NCBI GenBank assembly: GCA_963845185.1 | Contig: CAWJRG010000010.1 | Coordinates: forward strand, 288,001-352,000 | Direction: 5' to 3' | DNA: 64,000 nucleotides | Source of the DNA: an uncultured bacterium | Lineage (GTDB): Bacteria; Oederibacteriota; PGYV01; CAWJRG01 | Shown here: positions 30,217-40,304 of the stretch, one piece after another | Numbering within the stretch: the first letter of the stretch is position 1 | How the letters are laid out: each line of letters begins with the position of its first letter | Translations under genes and position numbers: made by a program | Notes under the pieces: generated by a model | Databases searched by the model: none | Told to the model about the DNA's origin: nothing | The model's input: the letters and a program-made list of their open reading frames with translations, nothing else

Positions 30217-30238
30217 GTTAGAACCCCCATTATGTTTT

Positions 30239-30431
30239 GGGCGATTCATGAATCGCCCCTACGTAATGCACAGCGTTTTATTCCTTATGTAGGGGTAATT
30301 CACGAATTACCCTGTCTTTGCCGTTCATCTCGTTTTGGACAATTCGCTATAGTCCCGAGCGAAGTCGAAGCGGATGAATTGCCCGTCTTTGTTGTTTCAT
30401 TCGTTTTGGGCGATTCGTGAATCGCCCCTAC
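30239..30431. repeat. Cluster of GTAG-type REP palindromes
   Basis: GGGCGATTCATGAATCGCCCCTAC (30239-30262), GTAGGGGTAATTCACGAATTACCC (30289-30312), GGGCGATTCGTGAATCGCCCCTAC (30408-30431), plus an interrupted copy. Confidence 0.85.
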
Positions 30432-30437
30432 TCTTCG

Positions 30438-31250
30438 TTATTTGATAATAAAAAGTTTAATATATAGGTATAAGACTGGCGCGTTAAAAAGCAGCGAGTC
30501 AATTTTATCCATTATTCCGCCCATTTCAGGCAGCAGGTTCGAAGAATTTTTAACTCCCGTGTATCTTTTTATCACGGACTCTGCTATATCGCCTGCCTGC
30601 CCGGTGAAGGACAATAGTACAGCAAGTATTATAAGATGCGTCACTGGGAAAAAAGGAAAAAAATCCTTGAATATCAGAAGTTTTAATATTACTGTGGCAG
30701 CAATATTAATAATTATGCCTCCTATAAATCCCTCGACTGACTTTTTAGGTGAGAGCTCTACAATTAACTTGTGCCTGCCAAAAGCCACGCCTGTAAAATA
30801 AGCGCCCGCGTCGTAAATCCAGGTAAACATCATCAGCGAGAATATCCAGTAATTCCCCTGCGGTAACTTTCTTAAAAGTATCACAAATGTGCCCAGGGCA
30901 GTAAGATAAACAAAAGGGAATACGGTGTTCACAACCTTTGGCATATCCCTGTCCACATTTTTTGTTATTAGAATAATTGAGAGAAGGATCATTATCAGCG
31001 CCGCCAAAGTATAAAACCCGTACGCAGGGTTTCCTGTATATGCCACAAGCAAAAATGTTATAACCGAAGCCGTAAGCCCGATGTACATGAATGAAGCCAT
31101 CTTTTTTGCTTTAAAAATACTGTAGATTTCAATCAATCCTGCTAAAAAAACAGCCGTTACAAATGCATAAAACGGCCAGGTTATCGCAGACATTATAATA
31201 AAATAAATTGTCGGGCATGCTATGATGGCTATTATAATGCGTTTAAGCAT
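30438..31250 (-). CDS. cdsA: Phosphatidate cytidylyltransferase
   Basis: DAGAYFTG, SPKKSVEG, GDIAESVIKR..GVKNS, GGIMDKIDS. Confidence 0.95.
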   Translation of the reverse strand: MLKRIIIAIIACPTIYFIIMSAITWPFYAFVTAVFLAGLIEIYSIFKAKKMASFMYIGLTASVITFLLVAYTGNPAYGFYTLAALIMILLSIILITKNVDRDMPKVVNTVFPFVYLTALGTFVILLRKLPQGNYWIFSLMMFTWIYDAGAYFTGVAFGRHKLIVELSPKKSVEGFIGGIIINIAATVILKLLIFKDFFPFFPVTHLIILAVLLSFTGQAGDIAESVIKRYTGVKNSSNLLPEMGGIMDKIDSLLFNAPVLYLYIKLFIIK

Positions 31251-31962
31251 TTGTTACCCCGCCAAAACGCCTGTCGCGTTTATTAAATATTTTTATTGCT
31301 TCGACAAGCTGCAGCTTGCGGAAATCCGGCCAAAGTGTGTCAGTCACGTAAAACTCAGCGTAAGAAAGCTGCCATAAAAGAAAATTGCTCAGGCGCATTT
31401 CCCCGCTGGTGCGTATCATCAGGTCCGGGTCTGGAATGCCTTTGGTATACAGGTGCTCTGCTATTGTGTTCTCCGTTATGTCGGAAACCCGTATCCTGCC
31501 GTCCGCGTATTTTTTTGCTATGCTTTTAGCCGCCATGGTTATTTCATCCCTTGAACCGTAATTAAGAGCAAGCACAAGGGTCAAACCTGTGTTTTTCGAG
31601 GTTAATTTTATGACTTTAGCTATTTCTTTTTTTACGCCAGCCGGGAGTTTTGATATATTTCCTATGGCTAAAAAGCGCACGTTGTTTTTCATCATTGTCT
31701 TTTTTTCTTTTACGAGGTAATCCTTAAGAAGCCTCATCAGGAAGTTTACTTCACTTTCCTGTCTTTTCCAGTTTTCCGTTGAAAAAGCGTAGAGTGTGAG
31801 GTACTTGATTCCTAGCTCCGCGCAGGCTTCTGTAACAGCCCTTACGGATTTTGCCCCCTCTTTATGCCCCATGATTCTCGGCAGGTTCCTGTGTTTTGCC
31901 CATCTTCCGTTCCCATCCATTATTATGGCTATATGTGTGGGTAATTTTTCGCCTCTTTTCAT
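31243..31962 (-). CDS. uppS: Undecaprenyl diphosphate synthase
   Basis: HIAIIMDGNGRWA, FSTENWKR, RTSGEMRLSNF. Confidence 0.97.
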   Translation of the reverse strand: MKRGEKLPTHIAIIMDGNGRWAKHRNLPRIMGHKEGAKSVRAVTEACAELGIKYLTLYAFSTENWKRQESEVNFLMRLLKDYLVKEKKTMMKNNVRFLAIGNISKLPAGVKKEIAKVIKLTSKNTGLTLVLALNYGSRDEITMAAKSIAKKYADGRIRVSDITENTIAEHLYTKGIPDPDLMIRTSGEMRLSNFLLWQLSYAEFYVTDTLWPDFRKLQLVEAIKIFNKRDRRFGGVTNA

Positions 31963-32047
31963 CAGTCACCTTTATGATAAATACCGAAAAGTGGAATTTT
32001 TAAAAATTTTTTCTTTTTGATTTTCGAGGTGTAAAATTTGCTCGGCA

Positions 32048-32602
32048 TTATATGGTCATCAAGTCTTGTTCTTTTGCCTTTGCAATATCATCAATTTCTT
32101 TTATAAATTTATCCGTTGTTTTTTGCACCCGTGCTTCGCCGTGTTTTAAATCGTCCTCGGATATTTCCTTTGTTTTCTGTTTATCCTTGAGTTTTTCGTT
32201 TGTATCTCTTCTCACGTTCCTTATATTTACCTTTGTCTCTTCGGCTATTTTCCCCACTTTTTTAACAAGTTCTTTTCTGGTTTCCTCGGTTAGTTCCGGA
32301 AATTTAACTTTTAAAGATTCCCCTGTATTCACCACCGAAAGCCCTATGTTTGCCGCAAGTATGGATTTTTCAATCTCGGCAAGCATGATTTTATCCCATG
32401 GTTTTATGTCGATGGTTTTAGCTTCAATTACCGCTACGCTTGCCACCTGATTTATGGGCATTGCGCTGCCGTAATACTGCACTTTTATGCCGTCGAGAAC
32501 CCCCGCGTTTGCCCTGCCCGTCCTTATATTCGCAAGTTCCTTCTGAAAAACTTCGACAGTCTTCGTCATTTTTCCTTCTGATTCCTTAAAAATTTCCTCC
32601 AT
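32048..32602 (-). CDS. frr: Ribosome recycling factor
   Basis: IRTGRAN, LTEETRKELVK, IRNVRRD. Confidence 0.97.
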   Translation of the reverse strand: MEEIFKESEGKMTKTVEVFQKELANIRTGRANAGVLDGIKVQYYGSAMPINQVASVAVIEAKTIDIKPWDKIMLAEIEKSILAANIGLSVVNTGESLKVKFPELTEETRKELVKKVGKIAEETKVNIRNVRRDTNEKLKDKQKTKEISEDDLKHGEARVQKTTDKFIKEIDDIAKAKEQDLMTI

Positions 32603-32616
32603 AATACATCCTCCTG

Positions 32617-33336
32617 CTATGAAGTTATTATGGTACCAATATTCTTCTTTTCAGCAACTTTTTTTATGTTCCCTTTTTCTTTCAGATTAAAAATAATTAT
32701 CGGAATTTTATTGTCCATGCAAAGAGATATTGCAGTGGCATCCATCACCTTAAGGCCCTTGTTCAGTACGTCAATATATGAAAGTTTGGAATATTTTTTT
32801 GCGTTCTTGTCTATTTCAGGGTCTCCGCTGTATACGCCGGATACTCTTGTTGCTTTTAAAATTACTTCGGCACCCATCTCAATTGCGCGTAAAGCCGCTG
32901 CTGTATCCGTTGTAAAATAAGGATTGCCTGTGCCGCCTCCGAATATTACCACCCTGCCTTTCTGCAGGTGCCTTTGCGCCCTTCTTTTTATAAAAGGCTC
33001 GGCAATTTCATGCATTTCAATTGCAGTCAGTACTCTTGTTTGTATATTCATCTGCTCCAGTATGTCCTGAAGCGCAATGGAATTGATTATGGTCGCAAGC
33101 ATTCCCATATAATCGCCGACAACCCTGTCTATTTTGAAATTCTTTCCCCTGCCGCCCCTGAATATATTTCCTCCTCCTATGACGACGCCGATTTCGACTC
33201 CCATCCTGTGCACTTCTTTTATTTCCTCGGCTATATTGTAAACCGTATCATAATCTATCCCTGATGATTTTTCGCCGGCAAGAGCTTCGCCGGAAATTTT
33301 TAGCATGATACGTTTATATTTGGAACCCTTCGCCAT
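32617..33336 (-). CDS. pyrH: UMP kinase
   Basis: [24 protein letters not shown]. Confidence 0.97.
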   Translation of the reverse strand: MAKGSKYKRIMLKISGEALAGEKSSGIDYDTVYNIAEEIKEVHRMGVEIGVVIGGGNIFRGGRGKNFKIDRVVGDYMGMLATIINSIALQDILEQMNIQTRVLTAIEMHEIAEPFIKRRAQRHLQKGRVVIFGGGTGNPYFTTDTAAALRAIEMGAEVILKATRVSGVYSGDPEIDKNAKKYSKLSYIDVLNKGLKVMDATAISLCMDNKIPIIIFNLKEKGNIKKVAEKKNIGTIITS

Positions 33337-33386
33337 ATTAGCAAACCTCCATTGTCGATATTGGATAAGTACCGTCCAATATCGCT

Positions 33387-33986
33387 TTAATTTTCTCCCA
33401 CTTTGAATCTTGCGAACCTTTTTACTACTATATTTTCGCCTATCTTGGCAATTTTTTCCTTAATGATGCTTTCTATTGTCTTTTTGTCGTCTTTTATATA
33501 AGCCTGTTCAATAAGGCATGTGTCCTTATAAAATTTATCCAGTTTGCCTTCGATAATTTTTTCAATAACCGGTGCGGGTTTGCCTGAATCTTTCATCTGT
33601 GACCTGTAAATCTCTTTTTCCTTTTCAATGACTTCAGCCGGGACATCTTCTCTTTTCACATACTGAGGTGCCATTGCCGCTATTTGCATTGCGATTTCCT
33701 TTGCGAGTTCCTGGAAATCATCGGTCCTAGCCACAAAATCAGTCTCGCAGTTAATCTCAAGCATTGCTCCAAGTTTATTGTTTGAATGGATGTATGAATA
33801 AACAAGCCCTTCTTTTGCAACTCTGTCGCTTTTTTTTGCCGCTCCAGCTATTCCCTTTTCCCTCAAATAATCAACTGCCTTGCCAATGTCTCCGCTTGTT
33901 TCAGCAAGGGCTTTCTTGCAATCATTCACACCCGCCCCTGTTTTTTCCCTTAGTTCTTTTACCATTTCTATTGTTACTTCAGCCAT
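33387..33986 (-). CDS. tsf: Elongation factor Ts (short form)
   Basis: [21 protein letters not shown]. Confidence 0.97.
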   Translation of the reverse strand: MAEVTIEMVKELREKTGAGVNDCKKALAETSGDIGKAVDYLREKGIAGAAKKSDRVAKEGLVYSYIHSNNKLGAMLEINCETDFVARTDDFQELAKEIAMQIAAMAPQYVKREDVPAEVIEKEKEIYRSQMKDSGKPAPVIEKIIEGKLDKFYKDTCLIEQAYIKDDKKTIESIIKEKIAKIGENIVVKRFARFKVGEN

Positions 33987-34051
33987 ATCACTTTCTCCTT
34001 TTATTTTTCATATATGCATGGCGATTATTTAATTTACGCCGTGACATATTT

Positions 34052-34909
34052 TTAATTTTGCGTCGATGTTGGTTCTGATTGGGGCGGTTCTTCCTTAAAA
34101 ACAGTTTCAAAATTCATATTGGGTTCAAACGCGGCTGCTTTTTCGCCTGATTCATCTGTTTTTGCGGCAATTGCCTCTGCTGAGGATTCCTGTTCTACTT
34201 TAACTTCAACTGCCTTTTCCCTTTCAATAGCGACTTTTTCTTCTGTTATCGTGTCCGCCATTATCTTGCACATCAGGCGGACAGCCCTTATCGCATCATC
34301 GTTCCCTGGAATTAAAAAATCAATACCATCAGGGTCGCAGTTTGTGTCTACAACGGCTACTGTAGGTATTCCGAGCCTGTTTGCCTCTTTTACCGCATTC
34401 TCTTCCCTTTTTACGTCTATAACAAATATTGCGCCAGGAAGTATGTCCATGTCTTTTAATCCTTCAAGGTTGTTTTTTAATTTTTTGAATTCTTTCTGGA
34501 TAGCCATTTTTTCTTTTATCGGGTATTTTTCAAATCCGCCCGTAGCTTCCATCTCTTCAAGTTCTTTGAGCCGCTCAACCCTTTTTTTGATGGTTACAAA
34601 ATTCGTAAGAATCCCGCCAAGCCATCTGTTGTTGATATATGGCATGCCGCAGCGGATTGCCTCTTCCTTGATTGCGTCCTTGGATTGTTTTTTGGTGCCG
34701 ACAAAAAGGATTTTTTTGCCGTTCCTTACAACCTGCCTAAGAAATTGAACCGCTTCTTTTGTATAGCGCATGGTTTTTTGCAGGTCGACGATGTAAATAC
34801 CGTTTCTTGCGGCAAATATGTAGGGTTTCATTTTGGGGTTCCATCTTTTGGTCTGGTGCCCGAAATGGACCCCGCTTTCGAGAAGTGCTTTCATGGAAAT
34901 CTGTGGCAT
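34052..34909 (-). CDS. rpsB: 30S ribosomal protein S2
   Basis: [27 protein letters not shown]. Confidence 0.98.
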   Translation of the reverse strand: MPQISMKALLESGVHFGHQTKRWNPKMKPYIFAARNGIYIVDLQKTMRYTKEAVQFLRQVVRNGKKILFVGTKKQSKDAIKEEAIRCGMPYINNRWLGGILTNFVTIKKRVERLKELEEMEATGGFEKYPIKEKMAIQKEFKKLKNNLEGLKDMDILPGAIFVIDVKREENAVKEANRLGIPTVAVVDTNCDPDGIDFLIPGNDDAIRAVRLMCKIMADTITEEKVAIEREKAVEVKVEQESSAEAIAAKTDESGEKAAAFEPNMNFETVFKEEPPQSEPTSTQN

Positions 34910-34917
34910 AAAACTTC

Positions 34918-35008
34918 CTCCTTTAGGTTTTTTCCTCTGCTTCCGTCATTTTTCAACGTTCCCCTGTTTCTTAAGGGGACCTGCGCTGAAATCAGGCAAG
35001 CATGTGTT
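34918..35008 (-). promoter_or_regulatory. Probable rpsB leader (S2 autoregulatory RNA)
   Basis: Structured 5' UTR: CACATGCTT..AAGCAGAGG..AAAACC enclosing a CCCC/GGGG hairpin, at the known position of the S2 leader. Confidence 0.55.
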
Positions 35009-35112
35009 ATTTAAATCCTTTAAAAGCTGCTAAATAGTATCATACCATATATTATTTTGCAAGAAATTTCTTTAAGACTAGGTCCATTGCTTTTTTGAAA
35101 AATATGATACTT

Positions 35113-36774
35113 TTATATGGAATATTTAAACATTGTTTTAATTTTTTCGTAATTGTTCGTTTTTCCTAGTTTTTTGAAAATATTTTTAAATATCTTCTTA
35201 GCCTGCCCCGGCAAATGCAAAAGATACCTGTAATCAGCCGGCACTTCCGCTTTCGTGACGTTCAAAATTTTGTCTGTTGTATGCGGCAGGTTTAAAACCC
35301 AGACATTTGAACTTTTTATTTTAAACTGCGTGAGCAATGGATATTGATTATTGAGAAGTATAAGATTTTTCCCCTTGTTTATCGTCTGGCTTATAAAAAT
35401 ATTATCTTCAATCTTATAGCTTTTCCCCTTTATATCAATTGTTTTTATTTTTATGCCTTCTTCCGATTTTTTGATTTCAAATTTTTTGTTTATATGCCCT
35501 GCAAAATTAATTGTCATAAATATATCTTTTTTTTGTTTCAATAGGAATGTGAAAACTTTTTCAAATTCTCCTCTTTCAGCGGACTGCTCGGTTAAAATTA
35601 CGCCTTTTGACTGTGTTTTCAGGTTTGGCGTAATAAAAGCCGGGGCATCAAGCATGAGAAAATACTGGTGCAGTTTCTCGTCACCGTAAGTGTTTAATGC
35701 CCTTATAATAGGTATTGAAAAAACGGTTTTGTCCTCTGCCGCTGAATCTATTTTAGGGGTATGTTTTATAAGCGACTCTACCAGCGGCCTTACCTTAGGC
35801 AGCGGCAGGTTTCCTGCGCAAAATAAGATTATTTCTTCAGCGCCTGCTAAAGATGCCTGATATGCCTGTTCCGGGTATGTTTTTTCATCGCACATATAAG
35901 CGTCAAGCCACGCTTTTTTTACTTTATTTCCTGCAATCTCATGTATATATCTATGCAGCATTGCGCCGTAGACCGGCATATACCGTGATTTGTTAAAATC
36001 CCTTGTTTCAACTCCAACGGCAATTTCGTCGAATGCTGGCACGAGTTTGGCCAGGTCATAACCCCTGTCATAGTATGATTCCATCCAGTTGGGAAGCTTT
36101 AATATAAGTTTAACGTCTTTTTTTATTTCCTTTGCCGGGGTTATTATATTCTTTTTTGCCGCCTCAAAAAGAAGCTCGCTCCTGAATTCCTGCCATGTTT
36201 TATTATGCCTCATTTTTATACAATTTGAGCACTTGCATACGGTAAAATACCAGTCATCAATTATTATTTCATTGAACATGCCGGCGGTGTACCTGAAAAT
36301 TTCCGCCATTTTTTCATTTCCACGCCTGTCGGTATAGCAGGTCGAAGCACAGGCATATTCATTGTATTTCGTCCTGTTGGAAAAATGAGTGGTTGTTACC
36401 GCGCCAGAAACCGCAAAACCTTTATTTGACAGGATTTCTTTTGCATAAAGTATCGTATTTTCATCCACCAGTAAACCGTCTCTGTAGGTTTCGAGATAGA
36501 CCTTTTTTACATTAAGCGGAGAAAAAATATCTATGAAATCCTCCATGATTTTGTCATAATCCCTGACGTCAAAGGCTGTAAAATAAAGTGAATATGAAAA
36601 ATTTTCGGGATTGACTTTTTTGCCTGCAAAAGGTGAATAATTCGTGACAAGCGGATCCGCCGGCACTGAAACCGGCTGCATTGCGAGGGGTCTTAATTCC
36701 TTTGATGGGTAACTAAGTGCATTAACAAATTCTATTTGTTTTGTTTCTTTTTCCTTTTTATTTTTTTTGGTCAT
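35113..36774 (-). CDS. Hypothetical protein, possible glycoside hydrolase-like TIM barrel
   Basis: 553-aa ORF; VYLETYR and IIIDDWYFTVCKCSNC motifs. Confidence 0.5.
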   Translation of the reverse strand: MTKKNKKEKETKQIEFVNALSYPSKELRPLAMQPVSVPADPLVTNYSPFAGKKVNPENFSYSLYFTAFDVRDYDKIMEDFIDIFSPLNVKKVYLETYRDGLLVDENTILYAKEILSNKGFAVSGAVTTTHFSNRTKYNEYACASTCYTDRRGNEKMAEIFRYTAGMFNEIIIDDWYFTVCKCSNCIKMRHNKTWQEFRSELLFEAAKKNIITPAKEIKKDVKLILKLPNWMESYYDRGYDLAKLVPAFDEIAVGVETRDFNKSRYMPVYGAMLHRYIHEIAGNKVKKAWLDAYMCDEKTYPEQAYQASLAGAEEIILFCAGNLPLPKVRPLVESLIKHTPKIDSAAEDKTVFSIPIIRALNTYGDEKLHQYFLMLDAPAFITPNLKTQSKGVILTEQSAERGEFEKVFTFLLKQKKDIFMTINFAGHINKKFEIKKSEEGIKIKTIDIKGKSYKIEDNIFISQTINKGKNLILLNNQYPLLTQFKIKSSNVWVLNLPHTTDKILNVTKAEVPADYRYLLHLPGQAKKIFKNIFKKLGKTNNYEKIKTMFKYSI

Positions 36775-37048
36775 TTTTCCTCTTTTTAATGCGGGAGTCC
36801 CACATATTTTTCATTCAGAAACATTTTACATTTAACCGTTTTTTCTAAAAACCACAATTTTGTACATAGTTGAATAAAATTTGTCCCCTATTATAACCAT
36901 ACAACTTTTCATTTACAAGCAAAAAGTTGATAAGGCTGGTTTTAATGGATGGTTCCGCCGCGCCAGAATATCATGCTTGCCTCTCCCTGAAAAAACTGAC
37001 GTTGGCAGGGACTGTATAAAATTCATTCGTAACGTTTATGAATTCTAA

Positions 37049-37966
37049 CTATTTCTCAGGCCTTCTTTCAAATAATTTCCTCTTCATCTTTACCTTTTTA
37101 TTTGAAAAATTTCTGTTATTATTGTCATATTTATGAAGCATCTTCTGCACTTTCATTCTTCTTTCCTGTGAAAATGAATTTGGCGAGCTGTTAAGCCTCT
37201 GCCTGAAATTCTCCATTTTTTTCTGCCTTACCTGTTGTTGGTACTGGCGCAGCCTGCCTGTTCTTTTCAATTCGCGCATATACTTTACCCTGTTTCTCAT
37301 GTCAAACATCTCGGTCTTGCGTTTTAAAAAATATTCTCTCATTTTATAAGGATTGGACGCCTTCCTGTCCTTTTCACCAACGGTCGTTTCCTGGTTTTCT
37401 GGTATAATTACTTCATTTACAACCTTTCCGTTTGCGTCAAGCCCAGAAACTTTTACGCTTCCGCCATAAACACCAACCTTGCTGTCCCTGTTATTCTGGT
37501 CCCCTGCGTCGACTGCGAAGTCTGTGCCCTTTACGGCAGCCATCGCCATCTTGGTTTTAACCTCGAACTTGTCATTGCCCTGAAGCTTATTTACAGATGT
37601 GAAAAGTTTGCCGGTTATTAATTCAATTATTGTTTGTTTCCAGTCCTTGCGTTCAAGGGTAAGTATCACCATGTCGCTGTTTGGGTCCAATTTTACAATG
37701 GTATCATCGTCAAACGCAATTTCGGCATAACCGTCTTTTCCTGTTTTAACAGTGTCATTTTCATACAGCGGCAAGTACATATCGTCTATATCCTCGTATT
37801 TGTTTTCCCCGTTTCTCTTTATCTGGCAGTCGCCGTTGAAGTCATTTATATACGCTATTGAGTATTGACCTTCCTCTGCCGCATAGATTTTCTGCGCCGG
37901 CTGCTGTGTTTGGTATATTAGAACAAGTGCCGCAAACATCATAAAAAATTTTGAAAATGTTTTCAT
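37049..37966 (-). CDS. Secreted FecR-domain protein with basic C-terminal tail
   Basis: Signal peptide; DTVKTG..AEIAFDD.TIVKL, AAVKGTDF, VGVYGGSV. Confidence 0.85.
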   Translation of the reverse strand: MKTFSKFFMMFAALVLIYQTQQPAQKIYAAEEGQYSIAYINDFNGDCQIKRNGENKYEDIDDMYLPLYENDTVKTGKDGYAEIAFDDDTIVKLDPNSDMVILTLERKDWKQTIIELITGKLFTSVNKLQGNDKFEVKTKMAMAAVKGTDFAVDAGDQNNRDSKVGVYGGSVKVSGLDANGKVVNEVIIPENQETTVGEKDRKASNPYKMREYFLKRKTEMFDMRNRVKYMRELKRTGRLRQYQQQVRQKKMENFRQRLNSSPNSFSQERRMKVQKMLHKYDNNNRNFSNKKVKMKRKLFERRPEK

Positions 37967-38081
37967 GCGAATCCTCCTTTATAATCTTTATGTATTTGAC
38001 GCTAATTTCATACAGAATGTTTACGCGAAACTGTCTTGTAATAAATGCCGGGTAAACATTCGCTTAAATTACGGTCTAAAA

Positions 38082-38702
38082 CTATTTCGTTATAAGATAA
38101 ATGCCATAAATAAGCAGCCAGATTGAAACCAGAATTGCTGCTATCTTGCCGGCGTTCCTTACCCTGTCAAATCTTGTTATTAGCCCTGTAAAAATAAAAG
38201 GCAAGACATAAACCGTAGTCGAAGCGAAAAAAAACGCAAAATACAAAATGCTCCCGAAAACTGTTTTTAATGCAATTGTGTATGAAAACGCCGCTAAGAA
38301 AGGCGGGCAAAAATTCAGGCCGTTGATAAGTCCTGCAGTAAAAGGTATTCTCGCCGACACTTTCAAAAAATTCATGTATTTATTTGTTTTTTCAATCCCT
38401 TCAAAAATAATGCCTGATGAATAAAGTAGCATTAAAAAAGCCGTAACAATTATTAATATTCCGTATATTTTTCCTGATATTTTCATATTTCCTATTAATA
38501 TGCCTGTCATTCCCGCTATTATTCCGGCTATCATATAGGCAATCAACCTGCCGGTCAGGTATTCCATTACTATAAGGAAATTGCCCTTGGTGTTTCTGTG
38601 CTCTGCAATCAAAAACGGCACCAAAAAAGGCGTGCATGCCCCAAGACAACTCCCACCTGATGACAGGCCCAGCAAGAGGGCGTTTATCATATGGCTGCCC
38701 AT
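38082..38702 (-). CDS. TauE/SafE / DsbD_2-like membrane protein
   Basis: CLGACTP, GRLIAY, GLNFCPP; about six TM helices. Confidence 0.75.
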   Translation of the reverse strand: MGSHMINALLLGLSSGGSCLGACTPFLVPFLIAEHRNTKGNFLIVMEYLTGRLIAYMIAGIIAGMTGILIGNMKISGKIYGILIIVTAFLMLLYSSGIIFEGIEKTNKYMNFLKVSARIPFTAGLINGLNFCPPFLAAFSYTIALKTVFGSILYFAFFFASTTVYVLPFIFTGLITRFDRVRNAGKIAAILVSIWLLIYGIYLITK

Positions 38703-39865
38703 CAGCGCGCAACACCAATTAGTTTCAAAATCACTATCATTGCATCAGGCACAAAAAATGAAGATATGGCGCCTCCGAGTATTAACGCGCTTAATATGTA
38801 AATTATGTGCACTTTTTCGTTATAAATAATTTTCTCTTCTCTGTTTTTATACCGGCTTTTAAATCGCAGTTCCGTAATTTTCATATTTATGGCTTTCTGC
38901 GGGCATTTATCCATGCACACGCCGCAGCGCACGCAATAATTTGATATTTCATAATTCTCGTTTATAGCGAACACAGGGCAGTTTATCGCGCATATTCCGC
39001 ATTTTGTGCATTCTTCCTGGTTTATTTTTATCCTGTAAGGATTGGCTTGCCCCGCTATGGATATAAACGCGCCGAACGGGCAAATAAAAGAGCAAAATGT
39101 CCTTTTTTTCATGATTAGCGGCAAAATAGCTAGAAAAATCAGGCCTATGGCGCAGAAAACAATTATCTGCAGTTTATATATTGTCATGTCGCCTTTGTTT
39201 AAAAAGGCTGTCGTAAGTTTAAGCGGGCACACCCACATGCAGAACACAGGCTCGAAAAGCACTATCGACGCCAGCATCAAGAATATCCAGAATCCCAGCG
39301 GAAAATCTCGCAGACGCTGCGGCAAAAAATTAAATTTTAATCTTTGTTTCTTGAAAATTTTGCTCATTGCCTCGTCAATCCCGCCGTAAAAGCAGGCCCA
39401 GGAACAAAACCCCTGCCCGATACTTAACGTTGAAAAAACATATAATACCCCAAGCGTATAAAATCCCCATTTGTCCCAGCCGTAAAACACCGCGGATTTT
39501 ATCTGGTCCCCCAGCGTGATAAGCAGGTTTGACGCTATCGCGATATGGCAAAAAGGCACTTCCGGGACATTTGCCTGTTTCGCTATAAAAATATTTTGTG
39601 TCGCGCCCCACAGCCTGAATTTAAACACTATTATAAAGCTTATTGCCGATGTGATAAAAAAAATACTGCGGTATTTCGATATTTCCCCGTTGTAAAAAAT
39701 CAGGAAAGCAATAAGTCCGAGGAATAAAGCATAGATTGTTTTTGCCGCGGTATATTCAATTCCGCGTTTTTCGGTAAGAAAGAATAAAACCATAAAGAAT
39801 ACAAATAAAAAACCGGATAAAATTAAACTTTTATTCAATGATAACTTGTTCCGATTTTGAATCAT
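38702..39865 (-). CDS. Membrane 4Fe-4S binding protein (NapH/YccM-like)
   Basis: FCSWAC, FCMWVCP, FCSFICP plus two CxxCxxCxxxCP. Confidence 0.88.
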   Translation of the reverse strand: MIQNRNKLSLNKSLILSGFLFVFFMVLFFLTEKRGIEYTAAKTIYALFLGLIAFLIFYNGEISKYRSIFFITSAISFIIVFKFRLWGATQNIFIAKQANVPEVPFCHIAIASNLLITLGDQIKSAVFYGWDKWGFYTLGVLYVFSTLSIGQGFCSWACFYGGIDEAMSKIFKKQRLKFNFLPQRLRDFPLGFWIFLMLASIVLFEPVFCMWVCPLKLTTAFLNKGDMTIYKLQIIVFCAIGLIFLAILPLIMKKRTFCSFICPFGAFISIAGQANPYRIKINQEECTKCGICAINCPVFAINENYEISNYCVRCGVCMDKCPQKAINMKITELRFKSRYKNREEKIIYNEKVHIIYILSALILGGAISSFFVPDAMIVILKLIGVAR

Positions 39866-39866
39866 T

Positions 39867-40184
39867 TTAAAGTGTTTCTTCCATTACCCATTTAATATAG
39901 TCTTTATTTCCTTCGTTTATGTCAAAAGCTATGATTTCAGGCACAGTATATGGATGCAATGTTTTTACCCTGTTTATAAGTCTATTCACCATGGATTTCT
40001 TTGTTTTAATTATCAATAGGTTTTCTATTGCTCTTTCAATTTTTCCTTTCCACCAATATGACGAATTAACGTTTTTCACCCTGTTGACACATGCGGCAAG
40101 CCGCTCTTTTAACAGTACATTTATTATTTTATCGGCGCTTTTTTCTTTGTCAATTGTGATAAAAACAACGCTTATTTGTTTCAT
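39867..40184 (-). CDS. cutA: Divalent-cation tolerance protein CutA
   Basis: LAACVN, SYWWKGKI, HPYTVPEII, YIKW. Confidence 0.95.
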   Translation of the reverse strand: MKQISVVFITIDKEKSADKIINVLLKERLAACVNRVKNVNSSYWWKGKIERAIENLLIIKTKKSMVNRLINRVKTLHPYTVPEIIAFDINEGNKDYIKWVMEETL

Positions 40185-40195
40185 TCATCACCAAC

Positions 40196-40292
40196 CAAGA
40201 TATCGTTTGTTTTGTTAAGCCTGCGGTGCAAATAAAGCATTACGAGATCTTGTACCCGCTCAAGTCTCGAGCTTGCGAGAGATAAGAGGTAC
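40196..40292 (+). repeat. Modular hairpin repeat, copy C
   Basis: Two-hairpin unit similar to 41025-41126. Confidence 0.85.
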
Positions 40293-40304
40293 TTTTGTCT
40301 AAAA

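Noticed and set aside
30239..30431. CRISPR array
   Set aside because: Repeats alternate in orientation, spacing is irregular, linkers are related to each other, and no cas genes are present.
34119..34748. Long plus-strand ORFs (for example 34119-34748, 59305-59889, 60405-60926)
   Set aside because: Antisense shadows of well-supported minus-strand genes.
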